64,000 bases of DNA, from positions 496,001-560,000 of the forward strand of contig QPGO01000019.1 of NCBI GenBank assembly GCA_008632985.1. The letters are read 5' to 3'. Shown here piece after piece: positions 61,224-64,000 of this stretch. Position 1 is the first letter of the stretch, and each line of letters starts with the position of its first letter. Origin of the DNA: Psammoneis japonica. Its lineage: Eukaryota. The notes beneath the pieces were generated by a model. It had not been told where the DNA came from. It saw nothing but the letters and a program-made list of their open reading frames with translations, and did not search any database. The translations under genes were made by a program, and so were the position numbers.

Positions 61224-62035
61224 AGAGATCTGTTGTTTTTTGTGGCATTTCAAGACAATGGTGTAGTGCTTTCTTGTGGACAAATCGTTTCCACTGCTTG
61301 GAGCCGTGAAGCGTGACGGTAGAGTGCAAATTATTTGAATGACGACGTTCACGATCGTCTCTCGTGCACTCCTGTTTCACAAAAGCCCGAGGCCTCTAGT
61401 CAATATCAAATCGTTTCGCTTGTTTGGAGCAGTGAAACGTACAGTAGTATATGTGATTGCTCTCTAGCATATGGTAGTAGCTTTTAGCTTATGTATCCTT
61501 TTTAGATTCAACTAGACATTTCTAGAGCATTCGAATTAATCGCAGAGGTAGCGCTGATAGATGCCAGGACGCCTCTCCCCTTTTAACTTCAACAAGAATG
61601 TCAAATAAAAGATGCGTCTTGTCCATTCACACGTCGTTTCGCAAATGATATCAACAATGGATGGTCGCACTGGTAGTACTGGTAAGACTATTAAAACATG
61701 AAATTGAGCTTGACGCTCGTCTACAGTTGCAATTCAGATTAGTAGATACGGGACAAGTAGAACGGAAAACCCTCTACTCTAGGTGCTGAATTACGAATTA
61801 CTGTACGAAACTGCAGGTAGAGTGACACTGACATCAGGTACTAGAGTGTAAAGTAGAGGTCGCGATTCATATTGAGAGCCATTGTGGAGAAGCTGTGCTC
61901 CAAGTACAGCAAACAATAATGGCAGTCTCATTGCTTTCTGTCAATTTTACGAAGGAAAACACCAAAAAAAACGCCAAAACGATGGCCCACATGGACCGGA
62001 CACAACACAGACCACAGACACACAACACAGCCACC

Positions 62036-63124
62036 ATGGGAAAGAAAAGCCGTCGTAACCGAGTCAAAGGCAAGATCAAGTCGGTGGCAAATGTGCCTTT
62101 AGCTCGAGAAGAAGACGACGAGCAGATCGTTGGCTGCATGCAGGCTGTGGTCGCGAAACTGCGAAGCGACTTTGTGAAGAACGCTTCGAAAATCATGTTG
62201 GAGCTCCTTGGTGAATTCAAAAAGGACAGGACTCGTGCAGCTTCGGCATTTGTCGAGGCTGGAGGCATTGAAAGTATTCTTGTCTTTATGCGAAAACATC
62301 AGAATGACCCATCTGGTATGTGTTTCTGCTGTGCTGCTCTTTCTGTGGTTGCCGATAGCTTGCCGAGCAATGCCTGCGCCGTCGCGATTGCTCAGAGCGG
62401 CGGAATTCCAACTATTGTTCAAACTATCCACCATGTAATCAAAGCTGGCATTCCAGCAGGTTGGAGAAACACCAGCACCTACCTGAAATGTATGAGTTGC
62501 AGTATGGATCTTTTGGGCGAGTTGGCGAATATCAATGTTACGGACGTACAATGCGCTGGAGGCGTACCGGCCATAGTCGAAGTCCTGCAGTGTCCTTTTA
62601 CAGATGATGAAGAAACGACGAAAAGGCACTTGTATTGCAATGCCATCTGTTCGCTAATCTCGATCCTTTTTGCGACGAGTGTTGTTGACTCTCCGCTTGT
62701 GTTTGCGGAGATAACCAATTGTGGTGGAATCCCCTCCCTACTTTCTTGCATGAATCAGCATCCCGACGATGCGGATATTCAAGCATCCGGATGCGCCATC
62801 ACGGCGATGCTTGCCAGTCAAGAAGTCGGTGGTTATCCATCTGCAGTCCTTGCTGCAGGAGGTGACTGTGTCATGGAGCAAGCTCTAGTATCTCACCCAG
62901 GGAAACGCGGTATTCAGATTAGTGTAACCAATGCGATCCGCTACATGAACGCGGTTGTTCCTAAATGCAAATGTTGCGGAAAGGAATCAGCGGATATGAT
63001 GGTGTGCAATCGTTGTGACATTGTATGGTATTGCAATGGCGATTGCAACACAAAGGATTGGCCGAATCACAAGGAGGCGTGCAACAAGGCTCGTTGGAAA
63101 CCCCGCAACAACGCTCGTTCTTGA
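62036..63124 (+). CDS. ARM-like repeat protein with a C-terminal MYND zinc finger
   Basis: MGKKSRR start. Repeated GGI..I/L motifs (AGGIESIL, SGGIPTIV, AGGVPAIV, CGGIPSLL). C-terminal CKCCGK..CNRCDIVWYCNGDC..DWPNHKEAC. Confidence 0.85.
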   Translation: MGKKSRRNRVKGKIKSVANVPLAREEDDEQIVGCMQAVVAKLRSDFVKNASKIMLELLGEFKKDRTRAASAFVEAGGIESILVFMRKHQNDPSGMCFCCAALSVVADSLPSNACAVAIAQSGGIPTIVQTIHHVIKAGIPAGWRNTSTYLKCMSCSMDLLGELANINVTDVQCAGGVPAIVEVLQCPFTDDEETTKRHLYCNAICSLISILFATSVVDSPLVFAEITNCGGIPSLLSCMNQHPDDADIQASGCAITAMLASQEVGGYPSAVLAAGGDCVMEQALVSHPGKRGIQISVTNAIRYMNAVVPKCKCCGKESADMMVCNRCDIVWYCNGDCNTKDWPNHKEACNKARWKPRNNARS

Positions 63125-63809
63125 GATACCTCGTGCGTTGCTCTTTGGAAAGTTCATTTGTCAAGCTCTCATTCTGGGATGCATCCAACATTGTCATGAA
63201 CTGTTTTGCTTGCTTGGAGTAAGGAAACGTCATTGCAGCGTGCGTGCTTTGGATATATCTGTTTCCAAAATGCCGCCACGCCTTTTCTTCCAATGTGAAA
63301 AATCGATTCGTTGGCTTGTAGCCAACGAGACGTCAAGTAGTGTAATTTGCTTATACCGTTTAGGGCTTTGAAACATGAATAGTTGTGATCCATGCTGTAT
63401 AGAGAAGTAGCTCTTGAGTTTTTGTATCACTTTGTGACGTGTCTAGTTTTCATGCAGCATCCTTTTCCAAGAGCTTCCGAGCTCTCAGCGTTATCACGGC
63501 GGCAGGCAAAAATCGAAAACAACGGAAGAGAGAATATGACGCCAAGAAGATATATTTCTAGAGTTTCACTAGACTTTGCGCCATATCCAGTATGCCATTC
63601 TATGAGACCTACTCTGGGTTCATGCAATGAACACACGACGGGATAGAAGAGAAACTAGCAGGAATCGAAATTACAAGAGTGCTGCCGATCCATAGAACGT
63701 AACAAAATAGCGACACGTGACTTTCTGTTCTTGTGCCGCTCAGACGTTTCTCGCCATGTGGCACCGGCTCCAACACAGCAAATGAATCAGCAGCACACAA
63801 CACATCTGA

Positions 63810-63862
63810 AAAGCAGCACACCGACGATGTGGAAATTCAAGCACATGCTGGGTGTGCCATCC
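63810..63862 (+). pseudogene. Short remnant of a third ARM-MYND paralog
   Basis: Encodes KQHTDDVEIQAHAGCAI, compared with NQHPDDADIQASGCAI in the intact copy. Confidence 0.5.
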
Positions 63863-64000
63863 ATCTACAGACCTTGCTGTCAGTGTGCGGGTGGGGTACC
63901 CTGCAAGTGACCCTTCCTGTAACCCAGAGCTCACCTCTGGTGTCCACTTGCTTGGTCAGCCCCTCAGCTCCCGTGACTTTGCCAACTCCTTCCTCTCCAC

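Noticed and set aside
1..64000. tRNA, rRNA or other structured ncRNA genes
   Set aside because: None recognised by eye; a covariance-model search would be needed to exclude them.

Overview
Eukaryotic DNA, most likely from a pennate diatom: GT-AG introns of about 80-100 nt, CoDi-type Ty1/copia elements, frustulin-like Cys repeats and a bHLH-PAS gene. The window alternates between two kinds of sequence. (1) Ordinary gene-rich DNA (~1.8-13.1 kb, 19.9-41.8 kb, most of 55-64 kb) encodes a ~3,400-aa secreted RTX-like protein, a Coa1/Tim21-like protein, an FSH1 hydrolase, a frustulin-repeat/PhoX fusion, a NIDO-HYR protein, a 2OG-Fe(II) oxygenase, a sulfotransferase-like protein, an FG-GAP/ASPIC protein with twin introns around an 8-nt micro-exon, a bHLH-PAS factor, an F-box-like protein, ARM-MYND paralogs and several pseudogenes. 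(2) Sharply bounded domains (~1-1.8 kb, 13.1-19.9 kb, 41.8-55 kb, with patches at ~56.8-57.7 and 58.9-60.1 kb) have lost TpA, and usually CpG, to TpG/CpA. These domains contain two dead copia elements and at least one dead host gene, with Tyr systematically replaced by His or Cys. CpG decay is expected from 5mC. Targeted TpA->TpG/CpA erasure runs opposite to fungal RIP, can occur without CpG loss, and appears context-dependent. This putative 'reverse-RIP' hypermutation process is the best candidate for an undescribed system. All counts are hand tallies and family assignments are motif recognition; no database searches were run.
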